From an uncultured Candidatus Poseidoniales archaeon (GTDB taxonomy: Archaea > Thermoplasmatota > Poseidoniia > Poseidoniales > Poseidoniaceae): a stretch of DNA of 64,000 nt. Shown one piece after another: positions 49,713 to 58,852 of the stretch (positions are counted from its first letter, which is position 1; each line of letters begins with the position of its first letter). The notes below the pieces were generated by a model. It worked only from the letters and a program-made list of their open reading frames with translations. It had not been told where the DNA came from and made no database searches. The DNA lies in the NCBI GenBank assembly GCA_902625885.1, contig CACODE010000001.1, positions 26,004 to 90,003 of the forward strand, given 5' to 3'. A program made the translations under genes and the position numbers.

Positions 49713-51287
49713 TCACCTGGCGAACCAATGCGGCAACGACCGCTCATAACCCGCAAGCCTCAATCCACTCACGGCTGCGGTTTCATGATTGAGCGCTCTG
49801 AGGTGCTTTCGCTCCAACATGTCAATGCTGTTGATGCCGATGCGGCGGAGCTCGTTGGCCAAATCGTCTTGAGTGCCTTGGAGCCAATAGGCGATGTCTT
49901 CCGCATCGGCCATCGGCGCTGCGCAACTAACGATGTCCACTCCCGAGGCCACGAGAACGGCGAGGTCGTGACCGCTAGCGGCAAACCCGAGAAGGAACCC
50001 GGTCTGAATGGTGTCGGTGGTGATGTGTTCTTTTTTTGAGCGAGCGGTCATCGGCAAAGCCGCAGCTTCCGAGATGCCCGAGCCGTCTTCAATTCGGGCC
50101 ATCGCAACCTCGGCGTTGTGGTGCACGGCGCGTGCATGCAGCGACTGCACGCGACTGATTGAATCCATGAGAACAGCAGGCGCGTTTTCTACGGCCATCG
50201 AACGGAGGGCGACGAGCAATCCGTCCAGATGTTCGGCGTTCATTGGCGGCAGTTGGGCAAGGTCAATGGCAAACCCACCAGCAGAACCCAATTCATCGCC
50301 TGTTGAGAGAATGTTGTCTCTGCTAACCACCAAAATATCAACCGCTCTGGGTTCCATCGAAACCATGGCTGGATGACGTTCGAGGATGCTCGTCAACGCA
50401 TCATCGGCAGACTTCGCTGGGGTCATGGTGGCGCCAGAATCAACGGCCGGGAGCAGCGGCAATGGAAGGGCGAGGGATTGCACGTGGTCGGCGAGACCAA
50501 CCAACGCCACCGTGTCAACCGTTTCGTAGGGGCGGAGTTGTTGCTCGTCACTGGTCAAACCCACACCCGACAGGTCGTCGGTGGAGACTGCATAACCGGA
50601 CCGCTCCATGCTCAACCCTTCAGCGGGAACCAAACACACAGCATCCGAGGGGACGTGCATGGTTTCGTCTTCCAAGAGTTTGTTGATTTCGTTGAGTTCT
50701 TTTTTTGCCAGAGGTCGCAAGACGACGCCGGGTGGAGGCGTCGGGCATCGTCCGTTGATGACAATTCTTCCTCCTGTCATGCCAGCGCCGGGATCGGCGG
50801 CAACATCGCCGTGAACAACCAAAAGACCGTCAGACATGCCACCGCCAACTCGGGCGCCAGTGGTTCCCCTGACAAGCAGACAGCCACCGCTCATCTCGGC
50901 GCCAGCATCATGGCCGCAACCCTCCAAAACAGTGAGGCTACCTCCTGCCATTCGATAACCTGCAAAATCCCCCGCCATCCCTTCACAGGTGATGTTGGTC
51001 CCTTGATTGGCTGCGCCCAAGAACCCCTGTGCATCGCCTTGCAAGGTGAACGAGCCCCCCTTGCCGAAAGCGGCGACCCACGATCCCAAGGCACCCAACG
51101 CTCTCAATCGAGCGCCTTCAGGGAGCGCAGGGCAGAGCCCAAGTTCACCGTTTTTTGGCACCGGGTCGCCTGCGTTTGTCCAGCCGATTCGCAGTATAGC
51201 GTTCTGCTCAGCCGCAGCAAGAAGCCTCGGTCCGAGTTTTTGGTTGATGTTCATCGACCGCTGCACGACCTCGGAAACATCCGCCAT
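49713..51287 (-). CDS. Glutamate synthase-related protein: GXGXG (GltB C/FwdC) domain plus degenerate FMN-barrel-like domain
   Basis: GxxMxGG repeats (GYRMAGG, GAEMSGG, GGGMSDG, GAGMTGG); C-terminal LRRIGINSIDMLERKHLRAL resembles the end of the GltB FMN domain. Confidence 0.7.
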   Translation of the reverse strand: MADVSEVVQRSMNINQKLGPRLLAAAEQNAILRIGWTNAGDPVPKNGELGLCPALPEGARLRALGALGSWVAAFGKGGSFTLQGDAQGFLGAANQGTNITCEGMAGDFAGYRMAGGSLTVLEGCGHDAGAEMSGGCLLVRGTTGARVGGGMSDGLLVVHGDVAADPGAGMTGGRIVINGRCPTPPPGVVLRPLAKKELNEINKLLEDETMHVPSDAVCLVPAEGLSMERSGYAVSTDDLSGVGLTSDEQQLRPYETVDTVALVGLADHVQSLALPLPLLPAVDSGATMTPAKSADDALTSILERHPAMVSMEPRAVDILVVSRDNILSTGDELGSAGGFAIDLAQLPPMNAEHLDGLLVALRSMAVENAPAVLMDSISRVQSLHARAVHHNAEVAMARIEDGSGISEAAALPMTARSKKEHITTDTIQTGFLLGFAASGHDLAVLVASGVDIVSCAAPMADAEDIAYWLQGTQDDLANELRRIGINSIDMLERKHLRALNHETAAVSGLRLAGYERSLPHWFAR

Positions 51288-51423
51288 GATGCAGGGTCGT
51301 GCCACCACCACAAATAGCCTGCTGTTCGCACGCCACGCAGGCGGGGAATTGCTGTGCTTTCGTGTCAGCGGGTCTGAAGAAGTCTTTATTGACGGCCTTG
51401 GTGAGCAGGGATTAGGGAAGGTT

Positions 51424-52461
51424 ATGGTCATCAAAGTGGCAATCAACGGCTATGGAACAATCGGCAAGCGCGTCGCGGACGCCGTTGATGCACAGGACGA
51501 CATGGAAATCGTTGGCGTGACCAAAACCCGCCCTTCGTTTGGTTGCGATTTGGCCGTTCGAAAAGGCTACCCTCTTTACTGCACGTTCGACGAGAAAGAG
51601 AAAATTGCAGCGTTTGCAAAGGCTGGATACACCTGCCATGGTGGCTTGACCGATTTGTTGGACGTTGCCGACGTTGTGGTCGACTGTTCTCCGGGAAAAG
51701 TCGGTGCAGCGAACAAATCAGCGTACGTTGATGCGGGTGTCAAATTTATTTTCCAAGGCGGTGAAAAGCACGATATGGTTGGCATGTCCTACACGTCATC
51801 CGCCAATCATGAGGCCAACCTCAACGCCGCAGGAACCCGGGTTGTTTCGTGCAACACCACCGGTCTCTCGCGTACCCTCGTGCCGCTTTACGAGCATTGT
51901 GGGTCGCTCAAAGTTGAGTGCACGATGATTCGACGAGCTGCCGATCCTGGCGATTCGAAAAAGGGCCCCATTAACGCCATCAAACCCGTTCTCAAGGTGC
52001 CCTCTCACCACGGCCCTGACGTGATGACCGTCAAGCCCGAAATCGATATCAATTCCATGGCTGTAGCGGTCCCAACCACCCTGATGCATTGCCACTCCAT
52101 CGTCGCCTTCCTCCCCGAAGGCCACGGCTTAACCACGGCATCCGTGTTGAAGTTGTGGGCCGAGCATCCTCGCATCATCATCATGAACGGTGGAGAAACC
52201 AACATCACAACGACCGCCGAAGTGATGGAATACGCCAGGGACATTGGAAGAAAATGGGGCGATTTGCACGAGATTTTCGTTTGGGAAGACGGCGTGAAAC
52301 TGGACGGGAACACCCTGTATTATTTTCAGGCCATCCATCAGGAATCCGATGTTATTCCAGAAAACATTGACGCCATTCGTGCGCTGATGGGAACGGAATC
52401 CGATTGGCGTGTCTCGGTTGCCAAGACCGATAAAGCCATTTTTGCCTACAACGGTTTGTGA
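51424..52461 (+). CDS. gap: Type II (archaeal) glyceraldehyde-3-phosphate dehydrogenase
   Basis: VAINGYGTIGKRVADA, FQGGEK, RVVSCNTTGL, SHHGPDV and QAIHQESDVIPENIDAIRA motifs. Confidence 0.96.
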   Translation: MVIKVAINGYGTIGKRVADAVDAQDDMEIVGVTKTRPSFGCDLAVRKGYPLYCTFDEKEKIAAFAKAGYTCHGGLTDLLDVADVVVDCSPGKVGAANKSAYVDAGVKFIFQGGEKHDMVGMSYTSSANHEANLNAAGTRVVSCNTTGLSRTLVPLYEHCGSLKVECTMIRRAADPGDSKKGPINAIKPVLKVPSHHGPDVMTVKPEIDINSMAVAVPTTLMHCHSIVAFLPEGHGLTTASVLKLWAEHPRIIIMNGGETNITTTAEVMEYARDIGRKWGDLHEIFVWEDGVKLDGNTLYYFQAIHQESDVIPENIDAIRALMGTESDWRVSVAKTDKAIFAYNGL

Positions 52462-52528
52462 ATATCAAGGCTCTTCCACGAGCGCAGGTATGAGGTTGAT
52501 TCAAAAGGCCTGCATGTTTCCCAACACC

Positions 52529-55500
52529 ATGCCTTCGCGAGCCTGGCTCATGCTCGTGGTGTTCCTTTTCGTATCAGCGCCCTTGACAACGGTTGCGAAG
52601 ACTTCAGACGAATTGCCTGCTGAACAGGAAGGCGATATCGCTTCCGTCATCGGTGAGGAGGAGCGTCTGGAACTCGCATCCGCCCATTGGCACATGATGC
52701 CAACAGGCACCATGGAACCTGCCTCTCTGACCGCCGCCACCGGCCTTTTGCATCTGGCCAGCGGTTCCTTTGACCCCACGCTATCAAACGGCCCCGACCT
52801 CCCGGAAGGCTTTGTACGAACGGACGATGAGAAATATACAGGTATTGTTCTGATTCAACTTCATGCACCAGACGGTGTGCTCCTTGCCGATCTTGTTGAT
52901 CGGTACGAGTTGACGGTGCTCGACAACCTGCCCGATGAAGCATGGGTCGTTCGTCTACCTGAGAACGGTCATGATGTGCTTGGACTTCTTAGAGCAGAAG
53001 ACAGCGTTCGCTGGCTCGGCGCCGTCCAGCCAGGCTGGAGGGTGTCCCCTATCCTGCTTGACCATGCCACATCTGTGGAAGCCATCGCTATCGTTCCAAC
53101 ACCGGACTTGGGTACAGGCGGTTATGGCATGCTCGCCTCGGACATCGTAGGCTACGGGGCTAAACAAGCGTCTTGCGATGCGTGGATGTGTTACGCTTCG
53201 CTTGAACCAAATTCAGCCATGTCTCTGATTTTGCATCTCGCTCACGACGGGCGCGTCCTTTGGACAGAACCCACGGCATCGATGCGGGTCCACAACGCCG
53301 CTGCTCTTTCCATCACCGGGGTTCAGGCCGTTCAAAACAGCGCATCGTTCACGCTTGACGGTTCCGGGGAAATGTTTGCCATCGCTGACACTGGCCTCGA
53401 CCAAAACCATCCAGACATCGACGGACGGGTTCTTGGTCCGTTCACTCAATTTGGTTTGGACCCCTCGCCAGCCGACACGAACTCCGGGCACGGGACTCAC
53501 ATCGCCGTATCCGTTCTCGGCAACGGCAGCGGAGACGCAGCGGCCACAGGTGTCGCTCCCGAGGCCAACCTCGTCATGTACGCACTTGAACACGACCCCA
53601 CAGGCACCTTCGGTCGCATCGGTTCCATCTACGATATGCTTCGGGATGCAGAACAGATGACCGCCCGTATTTCCGTAAACGCTTGGGGGTTAAACGGGAA
53701 CTACGGCCAATACACGGCTGACGCACGGTCGGTTGACACGTTTGTGCACGACAAAAAAGACCTCACACCGGTCTTCTCGGTGGGAGACAGGGGTTCGTTT
53801 GGGGCTTCACAGGTATCGTCTCCAGCAACCGGCAAGAACGTCATTGCTGTGGGGGCCTCAACGACGGGAGTACCGGGCACGCCACCTGCCGGAGCGGTCG
53901 TGAATTTCTCCTCGCTTGGCCCGAGTTTGGACGGTCGAATCAAACCCGACGTTGTCGCTCCAGGCGTCGGCTTGTGTTCAGGTCTTGCAGAAGAAGCGCA
54001 ATCCCCTGCCGGGGCGTCCTGCTTGACCGGTAATCACGCGGGTGGGAACGCGTACTACATGACGCTGAGTGGCACTTCCCAAGCGACGGCCATCGCCTCT
54101 GGTGTGGCTGGATTAACACGCGAGTTCATCCGGGAACAGGTCGGTATAGCCGCGCCCTCGAGTGCACTGGTTAAAGCCGCCATGATCAACGGTGCGAGGG
54201 ACCTTGGTGCCGCCGACATACCAAACGCAGCCGAGGGTTGGGGCGAAGTCGACCTCGAACGGACGGTTCTACCCATGGACGGCACCACCGTTCTGGACAC
54301 GTTTGTTGACGATAAAAAATCGCTGTCGCCGGGTTTCGGCCTCTTGTATTCGTTTTCCATCGATGCTTCTCACGGTCTTGACATGACCCTTGCTTGGACC
54401 GATGAGGCAGGAAGCGCCATCGCTTCGCAAACCGAATCGAGGCTTGTCAACGACTTGGACCTCGTGCTCATTGGGCCCGATGGAACAGAATGGATTGGCA
54501 ACGATTTTTCTCAGGGGTATTCGACCACCGGCGGTACGGCGGACGACCTTAACAACGTAGAGAGAATTCGTGTCGCACCGGGTGTCTTGCCTGCAGGAAC
54601 TGACAACTACATCGTCAAGGTCATGCATCGGGGCGGCACAGCTCAGGATTTCGCTCTGGTGTTGAGCGCGGTCGCTACGGCAACCCCGCAACCCGACCTT
54701 GCTGTGTTTGACGGGAGCATCTTGCTCTCTTCTGAAAACCCTCTCAAGGACGATCTGATTTCTATCCGTCTCGCATGGGTCAATCAAGGCACGACGGCAG
54801 CAGCGCCGTTTGACATCATTCTGGAAGACGTTACCACCCAAACCGTTCTTGCCACGGCAACACGACCTACGCTCGCACCGGGCGTTATTGACTCCTACAC
54901 GATCTTCCACCAGTTCGCCACCACCGGCATGCACACGCTTCGAGTGTCTGTTGACACTGGAGGCAGCGTTGACGAAATTAACGACGGCTCAAACGGCGTG
55001 AACAACAACGTTTGGACCCAAGATGTGGAAGTGATGGCCCTCGGTGTCAGGGTGGTGGTTGAAAACGAAGACGGTACCGTCCCCACCACCTCCGAAGAAA
55101 GGGCAGCGAACGCTCTTTTGACCCTTGATGTCCGAAACGATTCAGGGATCGATGTTCCGTTGTCAATTCTCCATGAGGGCACAGGCAATCAATCGGTTGT
55201 GTTGTCGGCAACGATGGTGCAGGTTCCGGTACCGGGTCGGGATAATTTCTTCCTGCCGAGTCCTGACATGTGGACACGCACCTTCAACGAAACCACCGCG
55301 TTTTTGCTCTCGCCGCAAGGTGAAGCGGGAGCCAACAAATCCGTCAACTTGCGTCTGGAAGATATTGACGCCGACTTGACTTCCGACCCCAACAACCCCC
55401 GATACGTACGTGCGGGGACCTACGTCGTTGAAATAACGGCTCGCTACGAATACCAGCCCACCGTTGCTCACACCCAACGCCTCACGATCGAGGTGGAACA

Positions 55501-57496
55501 ACTCGATCAGGTCCAGGTCGTTGCCGCCGGCACGTCAGGTCTCGAGGCGGTTCCGGGCGAATCGGCCGTCTTCTCGATATCTGTGCGAAACACGGGCAAT
55601 GCACCGGCGCAATACAGCATCGATTGCGACTCGGAACAACGCTGGCAGGTCATGTTGGGTTCGTCGAATTCATCGCAACTTGACTTTGAACCCCTGAACA
55701 TTCTCGAATACCTGCCAATGTCCGTGCGCGTTTACGTCCCCCTCGTTGCCGCGGGTGCTCCGGCGGCTGGTGACACCGATACCGTGACATGCTACGTCAC
55801 ATCGCTGACCGACCCAACCATGAATTTCACAGAAACGGTAACGGTGGCGGTGCTAGCACAAGAATCGTTTGAGGTCCATCTCAGCGATGACGACGGTCCG
55901 TTGGGGCCGACCTATCTTGCGGACGACGTCGCAGTTGACAGCGGGCAAGAAGTTCACATGAACATGACCGTGGTCAACACGGGCAACATCGAGATTGGAC
56001 TTGACGTCTCTGTTCTTCCCGATAACCCGCAATGGGCGATTCAGATCTCGCATGAAAACGAGCAAGATTCCCGTCGCATCTCGTTGACGCTTGGTGCCGG
56101 TCAAACCACCAACGTGCGGTTTATTTTTGCTGTTCCCCTTGCCGCCGAGGAAGGCGACAGCAACGGCTTTACCATTCGGACCGAGCGGAGCCTGTCCAAT
56201 TTCAGACAGAACATCACCACGTTGGTGGTCAAAGAAGAACTTGGCGTATTGCTGACGCCACCAGTGGGCAGCACGGTCGAAGTCAGCATTGCTGATACTT
56301 TCACCTACTGCGAATTCACCGTGAGGAACACCGGGAACACCAACCTCGTCCTCAACTGGTCCCACGGCCTTGCTCCCGATGGCTGGATGGTTGGTTTTGC
56401 TAAACCGACGGTCTACTTGGAACCGAGGGAGGAGAAAGTGGTGCGGTTTGGCTTGGTCGCCCCAGCCCAAACTCCAGCAGGGGTCGACACGTTTGACCTG
56501 CTCATCAATGTGAACGCTTCAAACGGTGGTCGGTACGTAGAAGCATCGCAAATGTTGAGCGTTGATGTGGCGACCTCTATCTACGGCAACCTTACGGCTG
56601 CAGACTCCCGAGATGGTATCTTTGAAGGTGTGCCAAGAGACGCTGGCCGTGTCGAAACATTCCTTGTCAGAAACGACGGCAACGTGCCGCTGAGCGGTGA
56701 ATTGCTCGGCACAGTGGTGGACAAAAATGGTGTTGCTAGCACTGGATGGGAAGTCAGTTTATCGCCGTCCTCCGTCACCGACCTCGCTGTCGGTGAGAGC
56801 GTTGAGGTCCTTGTCACCTTGACGCCCGGAGACGATGTTGAGCGAGGTAGCTCAACTTTTTACCTCAATCTGACGACCGAATCGGTTCCTATTTCGTCCA
56901 TTCAGCGCACCGCAAGTGTTGAGATTTCCACAGGCTCGACGGGTCTTTTCAACGTCTTGCCGCCCGCAGTGAGTGTGTCGTTGGTGTCGGTCTTGCTCGT
57001 GCTGGGCGTTGTCCTCGCCAGGCGCATGAAGCGGTCGGGGGAACTCGACAATGACGACTCCGGCCTTGTTGCCCCCAACGCCCACGAGCGACCGGATACC
57101 GATGGCGAGCGTCGCGAAAAGGCCCTCGATCTGGGGACGTCCATTGACGACTTGACGAGCGGTGAAGTCAGCGACAAGGAAATCGCAGAGGCCATCATGC
57201 AATCGATGGATTTGCCCACAATGCCAGCGGCGGTTCCGCAAGGATTGCCACCTACTGGAATGCCGCCCAAAGCGAGCGTTCCCAAGGGTTTGCCACCGCT
57301 TGGCATGCCGCCGCAACCGGTGGTCCCGGCCGCTCCTGCACCGCTGCCAACACCCGTTCCTGCACCGCTGCCAACGCCCGTTCCTGCACCTGCTGTCCAA
57401 CAAGGACCGCCGCTACCTCCAAGCGGTTTACCAGCAGGGTGGACCATGGAGCAGTGGCGGCATTACGGCCATGAGTGGCTCAGACGGCAAGGCTGA
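52529..57496 (+). CDS. Large membrane-anchored S8 peptidase (KP-43-like) with CARDB and Ig-like domains
   Basis: IADTGLD, GHGTHIA, DGRIKPDVVAPG and SGTSQAT motifs; KP-43 C-domain (LAWTD..LVNDLDL..NNVE); CARDB; C-terminal TM and Pro-rich/GWTMEQW tail. Confidence 0.9.
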   Translation: MPSRAWLMLVVFLFVSAPLTTVAKTSDELPAEQEGDIASVIGEEERLELASAHWHMMPTGTMEPASLTAATGLLHLASGSFDPTLSNGPDLPEGFVRTDDEKYTGIVLIQLHAPDGVLLADLVDRYELTVLDNLPDEAWVVRLPENGHDVLGLLRAEDSVRWLGAVQPGWRVSPILLDHATSVEAIAIVPTPDLGTGGYGMLASDIVGYGAKQASCDAWMCYASLEPNSAMSLILHLAHDGRVLWTEPTASMRVHNAAALSITGVQAVQNSASFTLDGSGEMFAIADTGLDQNHPDIDGRVLGPFTQFGLDPSPADTNSGHGTHIAVSVLGNGSGDAAATGVAPEANLVMYALEHDPTGTFGRIGSIYDMLRDAEQMTARISVNAWGLNGNYGQYTADARSVDTFVHDKKDLTPVFSVGDRGSFGASQVSSPATGKNVIAVGASTTGVPGTPPAGAVVNFSSLGPSLDGRIKPDVVAPGVGLCSGLAEEAQSPAGASCLTGNHAGGNAYYMTLSGTSQATAIASGVAGLTREFIREQVGIAAPSSALVKAAMINGARDLGAADIPNAAEGWGEVDLERTVLPMDGTTVLDTFVDDKKSLSPGFGLLYSFSIDASHGLDMTLAWTDEAGSAIASQTESRLVNDLDLVLIGPDGTEWIGNDFSQGYSTTGGTADDLNNVERIRVAPGVLPAGTDNYIVKVMHRGGTAQDFALVLSAVATATPQPDLAVFDGSILLSSENPLKDDLISIRLAWVNQGTTAAAPFDIILEDVTTQTVLATATRPTLAPGVIDSYTIFHQFATTGMHTLRVSVDTGGSVDEINDGSNGVNNNVWTQDVEVMALGVRVVVENEDGTVPTTSEERAANALLTLDVRNDSGIDVPLSILHEGTGNQSVVLSATMVQVPVPGRDNFFLPSPDMWTRTFNETTAFLLSPQGEAGANKSVNLRLEDIDADLTSDPNNPRYVRAGTYVVEITARYEYQPTVAHTQRLTIEVEQLDQVQVVAAGTSGLEAVPGESAVFSISVRNTGNAPAQYSIDCDSEQRWQVMLGSSNSSQLDFEPLNILEYLPMSVRVYVPLVAAGAPAAGDTDTVTCYVTSLTDPTMNFTETVTVAVLAQESFEVHLSDDDGPLGPTYLADDVAVDSGQEVHMNMTVVNTGNIEIGLDVSVLPDNPQWAIQISHENEQDSRRISLTLGAGQTTNVRFIFAVPLAAEEGDSNGFTIRTERSLSNFRQNITTLVVKEELGVLLTPPVGSTVEVSIADTFTYCEFTVRNTGNTNLVLNWSHGLAPDGWMVGFAKPTVYLEPREEKVVRFGLVAPAQTPAGVDTFDLLINVNASNGGRYVEASQMLSVDVATSIYGNLTAADSRDGIFEGVPRDAGRVETFLVRNDGNVPLSGELLGTVVDKNGVASTGWEVSLSPSSVTDLAVGESVEVLVTLTPGDDVERGSSTFYLNLTTESVPISSIQRTASVEISTGSTGLFNVLPPAVSVSLVSVLLVLGVVLARRMKRSGELDNDDSGLVAPNAHERPDTDGERREKALDLGTSIDDLTSGEVSDKEIAEAIMQSMDLPTMPAAVPQGLPPTGMPPKASVPKGLPPLGMPPQPVVPAAPAPLPTPVPAPLPTPVPAPAVQQGPPLPPSGLPAGWTMEQWRHYGHEWLRRQG
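57334..57390 (+). repeat. 24-bp tandem repeat (about 2.4 copies) encoding PAPLPTPV
   Basis: tcctgcaccgctgccaacRcccgt twice plus tcctgcacc, inside the Pro-rich tail. Confidence 0.9.
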
Positions 57497-57535
57497 GTCA
57501 TCAAGGTTGAAAGGGAGAACGCCTTGGAGGCCTTC

Positions 57536-58162
57536 ATGGGCAGCATCGTTTTGTTTGGTCCTCCTGGTGCCGGCAAAGGTACACAGGCGCAACGCATCAT
57601 GGAACACACCGGTTTGCCTCAAATATCGACGGGCGATATGCTGCGGGCTGCCGTGAAAGCCTCAACCCCTGTCGGTATCGAGGCGAAGGGCTACATGGAC
57701 AGGGGCGAACTTGTTCCGGACGACATCATATTGGCGCTGATAGAGGAGCGCATCAAAGAACCTGATGCAGCCAACGGCGTTATGTTCGACGGGTTTCCGC
57801 GCACCGTGCCGCAGGCAGTGGCGCTGAGCGAGATGACCTCCATATCCCACGTTCTCGCAATTGAGGTGCCGGACGAGCGCATCGTTGAGCGCATCTGCGG
57901 GCGGACAACATGCGGCCGTTGCGGCATCGTTTTTCACGACACGTTCAATCCTGTCCCATCCAGCGGCTGTCCGTGCGGGTCTTACGAGGAGAAACGTCGA
58001 GCAGACGATAACGAAGACACCGTTCTCAACAGGTTGCATGCCTATCATCTGCAAACATCACCCCTTGCCGAATGGTACGAGGAGAAAGGCTTGTTTCACA
58101 GGGTGAACGGCGACCGCGCCATCAATGAAATCACGGCTGACTTGCTATCGCTGCTGGAATGA
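57536..58162 (+). CDS. adk: Adenylate kinase (bacterial type, Cys-containing LID)
   Basis: GPPGAGKGTQA, ISTGDMLRA, GELVPD, DGFPRT and RADD motifs; GGAGG Shine-Dalgarno. Confidence 0.96.
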   Translation: MGSIVLFGPPGAGKGTQAQRIMEHTGLPQISTGDMLRAAVKASTPVGIEAKGYMDRGELVPDDIILALIEERIKEPDAANGVMFDGFPRTVPQAVALSEMTSISHVLAIEVPDERIVERICGRTTCGRCGIVFHDTFNPVPSSGCPCGSYEEKRRADDNEDTVLNRLHAYHLQTSPLAEWYEEKGLFHRVNGDRAINEITADLLSLLE

Positions 58163-58171
58163 GGTGCTCGT

Positions 58172-58522
58172 TTGGGTCGAAAGCGGAAGGGACGTGCCTC
58201 AAAGAAAGCGCAGCGTCGGGCAGCGGCTCTTGGTGCACAAGACCACCTCGCAAACATTCTTGTTGAACCTCGCAAGCATCCAAGAATCGTTGTCGATGCG
58301 GCAGCCGTTCACCTCATCAAAACTTCACAGCGCCATCGGCTTCCGCTGCCTGTCCGTGCCAAGGACAGGGTTTGTCGGAAATGTTGGGCGCCTCTAACCT
58401 CATCCAGTTCGTTTCGTGTGCGAATCAAACACGGCCAACGCATCAAAACCTGTCTAAAATGCGGCAGTTTACGTCGGTTTGGAGGTGGCCCAAAACACCA
58501 CCGACGGCAACAGGAGGGGTGA
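58172..58522 (+). CDS. rnp4: RNase P protein component 4 (Rpp21/Rpr2)
   Basis: RHRLPLP..CRKC..RVRI..CLKCG..RR zinc ribbon; adjacent to a YhbY gene as in many archaea. Confidence 0.85.
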   Translation: MGRKRKGRASKKAQRRAAALGAQDHLANILVEPRKHPRIVVDAAAVHLIKTSQRHRLPLPVRAKDRVCRKCWAPLTSSSSFRVRIKHGQRIKTCLKCGSLRRFGGGPKHHRRQQEG

Positions 58523-58523
58523 G

Positions 58524-58790
58524 ATGTCGTCCGTTCCCAACCACATCTTGCGTCAGGCCAAATCCCGTGATTTCAGAGCCAGCGTGCGCATAGGAAAATC
58601 CGGTCTTAGCGAGACGGTTCTTGAGGAAATAAGGCAGCAACTCAACTCTCGGGACCTCGTTAAAATCAAGGTCAACAAAGGATTGTTTGGACGTGAACAG
58701 CGGCAAGAAGTGTGGGCGTTTCTTTCAGAAAACACGGGTTCAGAACTGGTCCTGCAGCGAGGGAACATCGGTGTTTTGTGGCGCAGGTAA
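58524..58790 (+). CDS. yhbY: YhbY/CRM-domain RNA-binding protein
   Basis: VRIGKSGL..EEIRQQL..LVKIK..QRGNIGVLWR. Confidence 0.9.
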   Translation: MSSVPNHILRQAKSRDFRASVRIGKSGLSETVLEEIRQQLNSRDLVKIKVNKGLFGREQRQEVWAFLSENTGSELVLQRGNIGVLWRR

Positions 58791-58852
58791 GGAAACCTGA
58801 AGCAAAGGGTCAAAGGGTGAATTCAACCACAGCAGAATGCTGAGGCATTGCC

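Noticed and set aside
51007..51446. Apparent overlap of long divergent ORFs (gap and the glt-like gene)
   Set aside because: The likely starts are 51424 and 51287, which leaves an ordinary divergent promoter region.
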